From Octopus sinensis (taxonomy: Eukaryota): a DNA stretch of 64,000 nucleotides. The stretch is taken from assembly GCF_006345805.1 (NCBI RefSeq), contig NC_043018.1, positions 12,834,001-12,898,000 on the forward strand. The letters run 5' to 3'. Made by a program: the position numbers and the translations under genes. Under the pieces are notes generated by a model, which saw only the letters and a list, made by a program, of their open reading frames with translations, had not been told where the DNA came from and ran no database searches. Below, piece by piece: positions 23,205-35,149 of this stretch (position 1 is its first letter; every line of letters starts with the position of its first letter).

Positions 23205-24857
23205 ATTGAGCTGGTTTAAGTGAGAAATAAAGGAAATGAAATTTTAGGCCAAAACAAGAGAATCGCAGACCACCATGTTGAAGTTAATGCAGAGCTACTG
23301 GAGGTAATGAAAACGAACGAAGTAAACAAATACCAAAGGAAAAGAAAATATCGAATGAAAACTTATAAATTACACGTAAGAAAGTTTTTGGAAAGATGCA
23401 GAAATATTAATAAGCATTTTAAAAAGTTTTTCTAAAATGCCTTAAAATTCGAAAATATTTATAGGAACACTTTTCATGACCTCTCGTTGCTGACATCTGA
23501 AGTCAATAAATTATAAACACAATACTTTCTATAATAAACATAATAAGGCCTGGGGGGTGGGGCTGGTCGACTGCATTGATATCAATACCTAACTGTACTT
23601 ATTTTGTCCGGCGTGCTAACGATTCTCTCAGCTCACCGCCTTTAGTACAGACCCACAATCGAGGTCAGGAACTGGCAAGATATTTCGAGAATTGGGCTGC
23701 ATTATTAAAATAATCCAAGTTAATTTTTCGTCGGCATACTAATCAGGAGGTGCTGCCGACCGCAATTTATAAGGAAAATATTTACTGCATTTTTGAGATT
23801 GAGAACATTTTTTTTTTTACTAATGGTGCGCCCCATGGTGGTGCTCCAGCATGACCACAGCCGCATGGCTGAAACGAGTAAAAGAGTTAATGTTCACTAC
23901 CTTACGTAGACTATATCAGCTGAACAAATGATTTTCTCTAAATGCATTAAAAGCACTGTGACATTCAGAATACTATTTTAGAAAATTATCTCCGTTCTCT
24001 TTGAGCAAATAAATTTAACTGGGGCAAAATGAGTAGGCCTGACAAGGTAAACTTGTTTCTGAGGTTCTCCAGAATTACATTTGAAAACAGACACACACAT
24101 CAGTATCCATCCTTAGACATCAGAAATGCTACAAAAATTTAAACTATCTAGGTCAAATGAAAGAGGACCAGAGAAAAATGACACATGATAGGAGATTGAC
24201 GAATCTCGACAACATCTAAAAAAAAAAAAACTCAACATAAAATATTCTCAATAGCTTCTTCACAATGTGTGGGAAAAAATTGACTTGGAATCCCAAGAGA
24301 AAAGAATTTTGACTGTTAAAGACCCCCAAATTATCCAGATATTTTATTAGTAACCTCAATTACAATTGGGTCAAAGTTGAGGAAAATTTCTTGGAAAAAA
24401 TACCTGTCGCCTGACCGTTTCACACTCTCTCAAATTCAATAAGTATGCTGACCAATTTCCACTCCCGAAGATGATGCAAGAGTATAAAAGGATGATGCGA
24501 TATTTTCAATGTGATGGTTTCAAACAGAGGTAGGGGAAAAAAATAAGAAAGCAAGAATTACTCATTTTGTTCACCCCCTCAGCATCAGAAAAAATGAAAA
24601 TTTGAAAAATTAATTTTTTTCTGTCAAGATCGTAACATCCGTTTCTTTAAACATGGAATTCTGCAAAAAAACATTTTCTGAAAAAAAGCTAAAAACGAAG
24701 GATTGAGGAATGAAATTAAAAATGGGAAAAGTTGTTTTTGGTTTTTGTTTTGCTTTTGTTTTTTGTAGAATCACAATTTTCATTGTTCAAATTATGGGAA
24801 TCTCCCACCCACCCAAAAAATTGAAAAATGAAATAAAAATAAAGGTGAGGATATCAA

Positions 24858-25038
24858 CTATTCAACACATCCACCTGTAGACTGGCGAATAGTGTTGATG
24901 TTTCCATTTTCATTTTCTGGTAGAATTAATGATGGCATATTCTTGTGATAGACGAACTTAAAAAAGATTTTCTGCTTGAAGAAGTACGTCTGTTCCTTGA
25001 AACAAACCGATGAGTGAGTCCATAAGTAATTGCTCAGA
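24858..25038 (-). CDS. Candidate terminal exon of an unidentified minus-strand gene (LSNYLWTHSSVCFKEQTYFFKQKIFFKFVYHKNMPS...GGCVE*)
   Basis: tttctggcag acceptor and an open frame to the stop. Phase-compatible with 25823-25889. No recognised homology. Confidence 0.25.
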
Positions 25039-25429
25039 CTGCCAGAAATAGTAGCCAAAGCTCCCTCATATCATGCCCTACTTAATTAAAACTATCCCAG
25101 ATATGGAAGCTGTTTGAAGCTGAGAGTTTTTCTGGTTCCATTGATGACTCTCAGGGTTTGAAATGCAGATGATACCAAGTTGTAAGCTCATAACTGGTCA
25201 TGAGACCTCATATATGTAGTTTGAAGGTTTTAGTTCAATGTTATCCAGTCAGTCAACCTGCTAGAAATAGCAAATAAATCTCTCCCTCCCCACAGAAAAA
25301 AAAAAAAATTACTCCTCAGTCATAAGAAATGAAGGAAGCCCTGCATAACATCATCCTACATCCAGCCTTGTCCTTCTCCTTGATCAGAGATGACCTGGGG
25401 CTATATAACAGCATATCTTTTATCTATTA

Positions 25430-25815
25430 TCTTTTACTTGTTTCAGCCATTAGAGTGTGGTCATGCTGGGGCACTGCCTTGAAGAACTTTTAGTCCAATG
25501 AATCAACCCCAGTACTTTATTTTTTAGCCTGGTACATATTTTATCAATCTCTTGCTGAACTGCTAAGTTATCAGGGCATAAACAAACCAACACCAGCTAT
25601 CAAATGAAAATGGGGGACGAATATATACACAAAGATACATGTATACATATGACAGGCTTCTTTCAGTTTCCATCTACCAAATCCGCTTACAAGGCTTTGG
25701 TTAACCTGAGGCTACAGTAGAAGACACTAGCCTAAGGTGCCACGTCATGGGACTGAACCTGGAACCACGTGGTTAGGAAGCAAACTTCTTACCTCACTGC
25801 CATGTCTGTGCCTAT
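25430..25815 (-). mobile_element. Family A SINE
   Basis: Full reverse-strand head, body and tail. Confidence 0.8.
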
Positions 25816-25822
25816 GGTATAC

Positions 25823-25889
25823 ATTCTTTTCATGCGCACCACTTCTTTCTTGAATTCAACTTGTAACGGGTCTATACTTTGATTGGAAT
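25823..25889 (-). CDS. Candidate internal exon (D-SNQSIDPLQVEFKKEVVRMKR-I)
   Basis: gtttcag acceptor and gtatac donor, both weak. 67 nt, phase 1 to 2. Confidence 0.22.
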
Positions 25890-27559
25890 CTGAAACCTGT
25901 TATTTCCCAATCAGAAAATTCCTTGTAAAAGACATCTGGAATTTTGATAGATCAAGTAATGACACCAGCAGAAAATCTAACCAATAAAACTCTATGTAGA
26001 CAACTCCCAGATTTTCAAGTAATGATATCACTACAGATGTATCTAGTCAGATTTGTTCTGGAGCATATAAAAGGAGAGTGCATGTGAGGACAAGGACAGA
26101 CACACAGACAGGAGTGAATGACAGAGACATACAAATGACAGGCAGATCAGAGGACAGATGTAGTCAAGCATTTAGTTTGGGTGACATTCAATATCAGAGG
26201 TGGTTCGTTGTTGACCTGACTTGTCAAACATGAATCAGCATTTTAACATCCACTTTGCCATGGGTCAGGTGAAATTTGTTGAGGCACGTTTCCTACATTT
26301 TGACACTCTTCTTGTCAGCAATAACACAACTGCTTCAAGCAAAGTAATATTTGCTCTTGGCTGAACATATTTTCATGGAAAACTGGAACCAAAAGACACT
26401 GATTGTATTTTGGTGACGCTTGCTTACAACCATCACTTGATGTCAAAACACAGAGACACTAACACACACACACATGTATGTATGCATCATCATCATCATC
26501 ATCATCATTTAACATCTTTTGCCCATGCTGGCATGGGTTGGATGGTTCGACCAGAGCTGGCAAGCTGGAGGGCTGCACCAGGATCCAGTCTGATATGGCT
26601 GGATGCCCTTCTTAATGCTAACCATTTTATAGAGTGTGGTGGGTGCTTTTACATGGCACTGGCATGTATGTGTGTGCGTGTATACCACAAGCTTCTTTCA
26701 GTTTCCATCTACCAAATCCACTCACAAGGCTTTGGTCAGCCTGAGGCTATAGTAGAAGACACCTGCCCAAGGTGCCATGCAGTGGGACTGAACCTGGAAC
26801 CATGTGGTTGGTAAGTAAGCTACTTACCACACAACCACTCCTGCACCCGTATGTATATAGTAAGTTTGGAAAACATTTTGTGCTAACAACAGCTTTTCTT
26901 GGTTGACATATTCTTTTAGGATTAAGGATTAGTCAATGATTGTTACAAATATAGAATACATAAATGAATGAAGTCAAAAGAAAAAAAATTAAGGTGAGAT
27001 AAGGTTGATCAAATCACCTTTCAAATTGAACTCAGTGGCTATTGTTTATTGGATATAAGTACAACAGCAGTTAACCTATTTATGTAGGTTAATTTTAAAT
27101 CAATGGACAGTAATAGTCATTTGCTGTCACCTCATCCTCTCTGATCTTTGTTTATACCTACCTACTTTAAAGTAAGATTGAAGTCATTTATCAGGACTGG
27201 TATCTGGTTACATGTTATATAGAAAGGTAGAGTATAGGTAACAAAGACGACACTGATCTACTCTAATGACAAAAAGGTGCCACACAGAAGTCAATATGAC
27301 ACAAAGGTTGAATGTTTTAGAAAATAACTGAATAAGTAAGAGGATTATAATTCAATCCCTCTGTTAATATTCTTTCAATTATAGGCACAAGGTCTGAAAT
27401 TTTGGTGTGGAATAGTTTAGGATTAGATGTTGCTGGGAGCTTCCATATGCTGGTGCTAAATAAAAGTTCCAATTGAGAATTGGTTGAAAGGTTGCAGAGA
27501 ATATTTTGAAAAGACTTGAAGAAATGGGGGATCACAGAAAATTGTATGGGGTTTCTAGG

Positions 27560-28440
27560 AGAAAAGCTGGGCACCAGGTTTAAGTTGCAATGGGTGAAGC
27601 AGAAAGGAAGAAGTTTGCCAGTATTCAATGGTGTGAGGATGAGAGGTGTTGGTTGTTCTGTATTGCAACATAGTGTATCTGAGAGAATCAAGATGTTATG
27701 GGTGTGAAGTGTACATGGGTGGATAATGGCACAATTGTACTTGGTGATTCTGAGAAGAAAGAAGCATGGAAGTGCTACAATGAATGGCTATTTAATGTGG
27801 AGAATGCATGGAAGAAGTCTTCCCGATGTGAATCCAACAGAGCCGGGGCCAACCATTCTAGTTGACAGCAGCTTGATGGATAAATCACTGAAGTATTCAA
27901 AAACAAGGAAAGCCCCTGATTCATCAGGAATTAACACTGAGAAGCTTAAAATATCTGACAGAACGGGATGTGGCCTCGTCAGCTTTGTTGTTGTTAATCA
28001 GGTCATATAGGGAGACGTCATATCCAATGACTAACTTAGCAGCATTCGAGTCAACTGTTACAAGATAGAAGTATCAAATTACTGGATCAGTCATGAAAGT
28101 TATGTAAAGAGTTATTAGTCCAAATGATTAAGAAGAGAATTAGCTTAAATGAGATGCAGTTTGGTTTTGTATTGGAGAGAAGTACTATTGATGTCCTCTT
28201 TCTTACAGGCAATTACAGAAGTATTTAGCCAAAGTAAACCACTGTACTTGGCATTTGTCAACAGAAAGTATTCAACAGAGTTGCTCTGTGATCTTGAAAT
28301 GATGATTAGATGAATGGCAGGGGAGAGCCATGCAGGTCGGTAAGGTATGAATTAGTATTGAGTACAGTGATGGATTTCGTGTGCAGGACTCAGTTCTCAG
28401 TCTCCTATTTATTGTAGTTCTCAGGACCATATCTCTCAAT
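27560..28440 (+). mobile_element. Degenerate RTE LINE RT fragments
   Basis: KAPDSSGINTEKLKIS... and EMQFGFVLERSTIDVLF..RQLQ motifs, with many stops. Confidence 0.7.
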
Positions 28441-29000
28441 TTATGTATATTTGGAAAGTACTGTTGATAGTAATTTACTAGGCCAAGGAAAGAACATGCC
28501 ACAATCAAGAACATGCCCCCTTCAGTCCAAAAGGTAGTCTATTGTATTTGTGTAGACCTCTGTGCATGTTGACCCTTAACAGCTTTGTAAATATGCATTA
28601 GATAGATCGTTTTGAAAATATTTTTCCACTATTTAGCTTTATAAAAATATCTTCTGGGGTCGGTCGTGGATAATAGTTCATTTTTAACAGTTATTTAAAC
28701 TGGTTGAAAAAATGGCACATAACCTAATTTTGCTATTTTTCTTTTTTATACATACAGTTGAAGCGGCCCATTTCACGTAATCCATTTTTTCAATGATTCT
28801 GTTTTTTACCAATCTATCAAACTCATTGCCCACTTGCCTTATTGCTGCAAAAGACACATTCCTGTTAGGTTTGAACACAGGTGTAACATTATCATCGAAT
28901 TCAAAACACACTTCAGTCTTTGTGCATAAACCTAGCTTGTCTGAAAGCACTTGTGGAAACATTTAAAAAAATTTTCTCTTCAACTCTCCAGATGAATTAT
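28440..29000 (-). mobile_element. Ty3/Gypsy pol remnant (RT/RNase H region)
   Basis: FPQVLSDKLGLCTKTEV...PVFKPNRNVSFAAIRQV..EFDRLVKNRIIEKMDYVKWAASTVCIKKKNSKIRLC and SFLGLVNYYQQYFPN. Confidence 0.85.
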
Positions 29001-29572
29001 TTTATAGAGGACAACAATCTACATTTTTACAATAGAAATTCATGGGGAGGTCCCATAAATCGAATAATTCTAACCAATTGGTACCAAATTGTTTGCATTT
29101 TTAACGATGAAGACTTTCATCTTGAATGCTTTCCCTCAAACTGTGACATTAGTCCACATTTCGCCTATGAAATGTAATTTGTTGCCCATCATGTTACGAG
29201 CAGATTTCACTGTTTTTATCAATATGTGTCTATATTTATTATTGAAATATCACTTCCAGTATTCAATTAAAGTTTAATATGTATTCCATTTACTTTAATG
29301 TGTATGAATTTTATTTGAGAGTCAATTTTTTGTTTCTACTGAGAACACTCTAGGATGAAGATTGCTTTACATTTTAAAACTGATGTAATACTTACATTGT
29401 TTAATTAAATGAAGTAGCATGAAACGATTGTACTACACTACCTTGGGTATCCTTGTTGCTTATTTTGATTATAATCATCCCATTTGATTTATATGGATAA
29501 TACCATACCAAATTCTGGTGCCTTTAACTTAAGTACCATATTCATCTGAATCTAAATTTTGCTATATATATA

Positions 29573-29614
<42 letters not shown>

Positions 29615-30898
29615 CATACATACATATCTGGGATTTTTTGTTGGTAGCCCTAGCTCTTACATACACATTATGTATGTAAGAGTTATATATATATATATCC
29701 TATATATGTATTCTTTGTTACTCAAAAAAATTTTGCTAATTTTCTCACGAATCATCATCATCATCATCATCATGAATATTTTTCATAAATATAAACCCTG
29801 TCTGTTGTTGTGAACATGAATAGTGCTGTATGCAAATATTATGCGATGGAGCTCCTTGTTATAAACACTGTTGTTTTTATCCTGTCTGTGTTTTTGAATC
29901 TCTTGTTCTGCTCTGACCTGTTGTACTTAATCTTCTTAATAAGATAAATTAAAAACCTGCTGATCATTAAAAATGCAAATGGGATACAAAAAACCAAATC
30001 AAAGACTTACATATTAATAATGAATAATAAGAAATGTGTGTGTGTGTGAGTGCATATGTGTGTGTGTGCATCTACATTGCATGCATCTGTCCTCGCTATT
30101 CTCCTCTATGGAACAGAAACATGACTCCTCACGAAAATCCTGGCAACACAGGACTGAAGGCCATTATTGCAGAGTCCTGAGAACCATCGAGAACAGCAGA
30201 TGATACCATCACACTTCCAATGCACCAGCCTGGTATGGACATGTCCCCTGCCTCCTGCCAGATCATCCTACATGTGCATGGGGGTACAAGCACAGACACA
30301 CAAACACACACACACACAAATATACACATATATATATGACAGTCTTCTTTCGACAAACATATATATGTATACATACATATATATATAGACATTTACATAC
30401 ACATATATACATACATATATATAAATATACATGCATATATATATACATAAATATACATATATATACAAATACATATATATATATACACACATAAAAATAC
30501 ATACATAAATATATATATATACATAAATATATGTATATATATAAATATACAAAGTGAGATAGGGGTTATGAGTGTAACCCACTATGGGATATCATTTATC
30601 CAATATACTGCCAGTAAAGTACCCAGAAGGCTAATACATAAATGCTAAGAATTGCAATGCAATTAATTCATTTATTGTATTATATGGGCGAAGGTAAAAT
30701 GTTTTACCTCAAATTCATAATACAAAATAAGAAAATGGAGGAATAGATTCCTTTCAATCATCAACTTACAGATAATACCAATTCATATAATTTATTAACT
30801 AATTATTTAGATTAAACAGGAACATCCAAATCCAACAGAATAAAACAATATACATCAATAAGTAAGATAATACCATAAAAATAATACATATAAAATGG

Positions 30899-31024
30899 AT
30901 CTTACAGCTGTTTCAGCCTGTAGATAAAGGTATCTCATTGTGCCTATATTAGTCAGATGTATTGAGGTAATATGCAGTTAAAAATGAGTTACTTATATGT
31001 ATATCTCAAGGCCTCGTCAGAGAT
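30899..31024 (-). ncRNA. Putative type-I hammerhead ribozyme with an 89-nt stem II loop
   Basis: ATCT-CTGACGA-GGCCT-[89 nt]-AGGCT-GAA-ACAGCTGT-A-AGAT: stem I ATCT/AGAT, intact core, palindromic stem III, GUA cleavage triplet. Confidence 0.55.
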
Positions 31025-31152
31025 TATAAAGTACAATTATAAAGATATAAAATGCAAATATGAATATTAAACAAGGTAGGCATATACAAGAATATGCATA
31101 TATACATCTCCATTTTCTTATTTTGTATATATAAATATATATATACATAATA

Positions 31153-31242
<90 letters not shown>

Positions 31243-31335
31243 TAGAAATATTATAATAATAATAGTAGAGAATATAATTTCAAAATTTACAGGGAAAAGT
31301 TCAATTTAACAATTTTAAATCAAATTTCACAATGT

Positions 31336-31593
31336 ATAATTTAGAGAAAACCCACTATTAAACAATTCAATAAAGGAAGATGTTATTCACACCATATAGA
31401 AAATATATACTATAAAAAATAAACTTATTTTAAATCAATAAAGTAGTAAATAGTAAATAATAGTAATTTACTATTTACTATTTATTGTATTTTATTGATT
31501 TAAAATAGGTTTTTTTATAGCATGTTTTTTGTATGGTGTGAATAACATCTTTCTTTATTGTATTGTTTAATAGCGGGTTTTCTCTAAATTATA
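31336..31593. repeat. Imperfect long inverted repeat (foldback), arms about 125 bp
   Basis: TATAATTTAGAGAAAACCCACTATTAAACAAT...GATGTTATTCACACCATA...GTAAATAGTAAAT pairs with ATTTACTATTTAC...TATGGTGTGAATAACATC...ATTGTTTAATAGCGGGTTTTCTCTAAATTATA. Confidence 0.85.
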
Positions 31594-31602
31594 TATATAT
31601 AT

Positions 31603-31687
<85 letters not shown>

Positions 31688-32046
31688 CACACTATATATA
31701 TACATATCTATATACATGCACACACACGCACACACATATATATATATATATACATACATACATATACAAACATGTATATAAATATATATTGAAAGTAATA
31801 GAAATGAAACTAATCCGAATGTATTAATAGAGATGTTGTTGTTTCACTTTTGACAAACAGTGTAAGAGATAAGAAATTGCTCTGGGCTCGCATTAAGCAA
31901 GAAGTTGAAAATTTTTTGGGCCCGTGACACTGCATGGACCCTAAGTAAGGAATGTGTAAAATTTGAATGAAATCCATTGGGTAGTTCTCGAGTTTTAGTG
32001 ATGCACACATACATACAGACAGACAGACATTCTCACTTTTATATAT

Positions 32047-33451
32047 AGTAGCAGATGTACCCAGGGCTGTTTATCAAGTATGCTTGTTTGGTTATTAGAT
32101 CATTCACGGATACACCTCTGAACTGAATGAAAGAAATCATAATGGCAGATGCTCCCTGCATTGTTTGACTTATTTAGCGCAATAGTGAACATGCAGACTC
32201 ATATATCCACGCCATTGTCACTGTTTTCCATTGGGACAGTTGGTCAATCTGTAAAAAACCGGCAGTCGTTGAGTTTATTTTCCTTACCACATAACTGCTG
32301 ACATGGACTGTTTAGCAGTTGGAAAGGTTGAGCCTAAACATATGACATTATGAGAAATAGTATGTTTACCTGCTGGGTTGCACATACAACATTATCTGAA
32401 CCAAAAATTTGACGTGTGGCCTGTGCAAAAAAGATGAAAAGTGTAGTATCTGTTGCCTACCTCACAATTGGCGGCACTTAAGGGAGAGCATCCTGTGAAG
32501 ATTATGCTAATGGAATAAATAAGATGGTAAGGGTAAGGCTACGTGATGTTTTCTTGTTTGCCGCACAGAGCAACATCTTTCCCCTGTAGTCTGCAGCATC
32601 TCTTGTAAGTTGATCTGCACATTGGGCTGCAGTCTCTGCAGCTCGTGCAACAGCAGTTGAGGAAGCATTTCTCGTTTGGTGTGCTGAATGTTGCTCATTG
32701 CTCTGTGCAGCTTGTTGCACAGCGATACGTGCAAACTGATCCCAACATTGCTCTTCACTTTCCGTTCTTCGTGCTGAAGCCATCCTAAGTGCATTGAGAG
32801 AGTTCCTCCTGGCAACATCCTCAGCAGATTCATTCGCATGCATACATATACTTTTCTTTGCTGCATTTGTTTGCCAACCTATATTGGATCTTTTGCATCG
32901 AGGCATTGTGGAAAATTATCAGTTCACACAATAGAAAAAGTCCTAAGGAAAAAGCGGTGAATGTGTAGCACCCCAAAAATAGTAAAATGTAGTTGGCAAA
33001 AATGTTAATTAAACAGACAGAATTAAGGATTTTAAATTTTGGATAAGAATTTTGATGTGGCTAGTTTAAGTTGGAATAATTGTATGAAAAAGAGTGCTCA
33101 TGTGAAAAGAGAGGCAAATCATAACTCGCACATGAATACTGCTGGCAGTACTGTGCAAGCAGTTGATAAGAGCTAGCCACAGCTAATAAAGTAAAGTATT
33201 GATCTTTTCCAGCTCGGTGTGTGTCACATTTTCTTCTCTGGCTCAGGCCAAATCCTAGGCGAATTGAGAGTAGTCTATTTATGTTGGGGTTGTGGAATTT
33301 CAAGGAAAAATTATAAGAAAAAGCGTCCTAAGTCAAAGAGAGCACACATGTCAAATTTGGTGAAATTTGGTTGAAAATTGTAGGAGTAGAAGTGGTTCAC
33401 ACAAGACACAGACAGACAGACAGACAACTTGCCTTTAATATATAAGATAGA
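32047..33451 (-). mobile_element. Helitron-like element, internally deleted, retaining the N-terminal RepHel-like ORF (32502-32906)
   Basis: 5' end A|TCTATCTTATATATTAAAGGC followed by (TGTC)n. ORF MPRCKRSNIGWQTNAAKK...ANESAEDVARRNSLNALRMASARRTESEEQ is a low-complexity helical N-terminus like those of animal Helitrons. 3' end ...GGGTACATCTG-CTAC|T, a degenerate CTRR. A second 5' end follows (about 31790-32050). Confidence 0.65.
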
Positions 33452-33907
33452 TCTGTATAGTATGTAGGATGAACCCACAGGTTAACTGTAAGATTAGGGT
33501 TGTAGTTTATTGTATATGATGTAGTGAGGGACAGAGCAGAACCAGGACAACAACATACAATAAGGAGACAGCATGTGGCATAGGGGAGTGGATAGGTGAA
33601 TACTGGCAGGAGCTCAAGGAGGAAAAAAGCCCATCAGTGCTCTACCAACATGCTCAATTAGAACATAAAGGCTTGGTGAATAACATAAATGTTAAGATAT
33701 TATTAACACATAGAACAGACATGACACTTAGACAGATTACAGAGGTCACACACATAGTAATAGACAGACTGAGCCTCAACAGAAAACATGCCAACAAAAG
33801 ACAGAATGAGAGAAGGAAAAAGAATAGACACAATTACAAACAGTGTAATATATAAGCCCATATACATACACACAAGACACTCATACATGTACTTAAGATG
33901 GAATGAG

Positions 33908-34721
33908 AACATCATCATCATCATCATTGTTTGACCGTGGTCGAGACAATGGAATTTACTATGCTACGCCAAACTTCATGGTCCATCATAGCATTACGGA
34001 GGTCCTGTTACTGGATGCCTGTATCCCTGGAGATTACATCAGGGTAGGAGAGTGTGCACCCTCTGGTATTGTGAGTAGATGGCTTCCACAGGAGAAGAGT
34101 AGAAACTACCTCTTTTTCAGCTCTACAACAATGTCCAGCAAACTGGACTCTCCTACCTTTCACAAGAGATGACACAGGTGGTAGTTTCCCATATTTTTGT
34201 ACTTTGGTTGGATGACGCTTCCACGAGAGATTTTGAGCTCTCATAAGGAGGCGAGTGTAAGTTCCATCGAACCGCCTCTCAAGCTTCTTTGATAACGTCC
34301 AGATTTCTGAGCCACATAGTAGAACTGGTTCGACTGTGGGTTTGAAGATTTTAAATTTGAAATCTCTACTTAGATTTGATGACCAGATCTTATGCATGTC
34401 ATTACAGGCTGACCAGGCCATACCCTTTCTAGTTAGAAAATCTTTTCCAGATGATGATATGTATGACCCAAGATATTTGTAATCAGAAACCATATTTAAG
34501 GGCGCATTGTTGAGAGTATGGATGATGCAATCACTGTTGGACAGGCACTTGTTTACATATTCAGTGTTGGACTCATTGAGGTAAAGACCTACACAATTTG
34601 AGGCTTGTTCAAGAGATTGTAAAAGAGACTGGGCATTGGAGAGAGAGAGCAATGTCATCAGTGAAGTCAGTGTCTGTTAAGTATTCAGCCGGGTGTCTGG
34701 AACTTCTAGGTTTTATTTCAA
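33908..34721 (-). mobile_element. RTE-type LINE, 5'-truncated, with (GAT)n tail
   Basis: SRHPAEYLTDTDFTDDIAL..SNAQSLLQSLEQASNCVGLYLNESNTEY...DYKYLGSYI...RKGMAWSACNDMHKIWSS...VEPVLLCGSEIWTL are RT domain 5-7 motifs. Confidence 0.88.
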
Positions 34722-34773
34722 AGCCCTTGAAATAAAACCTAGAAGTTCCAGACACCCGCTGAATACTTAACAG
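34674..34773. repeat. Near-perfect hairpin, 48/47-nt arms with a 5-nt loop
   Basis: CTGTTAAGTATTCAGCCGGGTGTCTGGAACTTCTAGGTTTTATTTCAA-AGCCC-TTGAAATAAAACCTAGAAGTTCCAGACACCCGCTGAATACTTAACAG, with a single 1-nt bulge. Confidence 0.95.
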
Positions 34774-34799
34774 GAATGAGAAAAAATAAAGAAATAAAT

Positions 34800-35145
34800 A
34801 AGAAAATACATTATTTATATTATTTACGTTTGACGGATATTTGTCCTCATCTTGTCTGTTGTTACAACTTTTCGGTTGATACACCCTCTAGCCTTCATCA
34901 GGTACCTTGGAGAAATTTCGAACTTGGGTTCTCATTCCTAAGGTTTTTGTAGTTGTTGTTGTTGTTGTTGTTCTTTTTCTTCTTCTTCTTCTTCTTCTTC
35001 TTCTTCTTCTTCTTCTTCTTCTTCTTCTTCTTCTTCTTCTTCTTCTTCTTCTTCTTCTCTTCTTCTTCTTCTTCAGGTCACTGCCTGGAATCAAACTACG
35101 AATCTTGGGGTTAGTAGCCATGCTCTTAACCACTTGTCTATCCCC
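34800..35145 (-). mobile_element. tRNA-headed SINE-like element with internal (GAA)n(CAA)n and a hammerhead-like 3' part
   Basis: A-box-like TAGACAAGTGG (35140-35130), B-box-like GTTTGATTCC (35096-35087), microsatellite about 34950-35074, then TAC-CTGATGA-A-GGCTA..CAACC-GAA-AAGT-T-GTA. Confidence 0.55.
34862..34904 (-). ncRNA. Degenerate minimal hammerhead ribozyme motif
   Basis: Core CTGATGA(A) and GAAA are intact and stem I is TAC/GTA. Stem II (GGCTA/CAACC) and stem III (AAGT instead of ACGT) carry mismatches. Confidence 0.4.
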
Positions 35146-35149
35146 AGTT

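Larger units (their letters stand above)
30540..31593 (-). mobile_element. Non-autonomous Penelope-like element embedded in (TA)n, with a hammerhead motif and a terminal foldback
   Basis: AT-rich non-coding element between TA microsatellites. Contains the hammerhead at 30899-31024 and an inverted repeat with arms of about 125 bp at 31336-31593. Confidence 0.5.

Noticed and set aside
23990-24530. Protein-like plus-strand stretches (..YFISNLNYNWVKVEENFLEK.., ..KYADQFPLPKMMQEYKR..) as a divergent gene
   Set aside because: Stops and frameshifts in all frames and no identifiable family. Possibly a decayed element.
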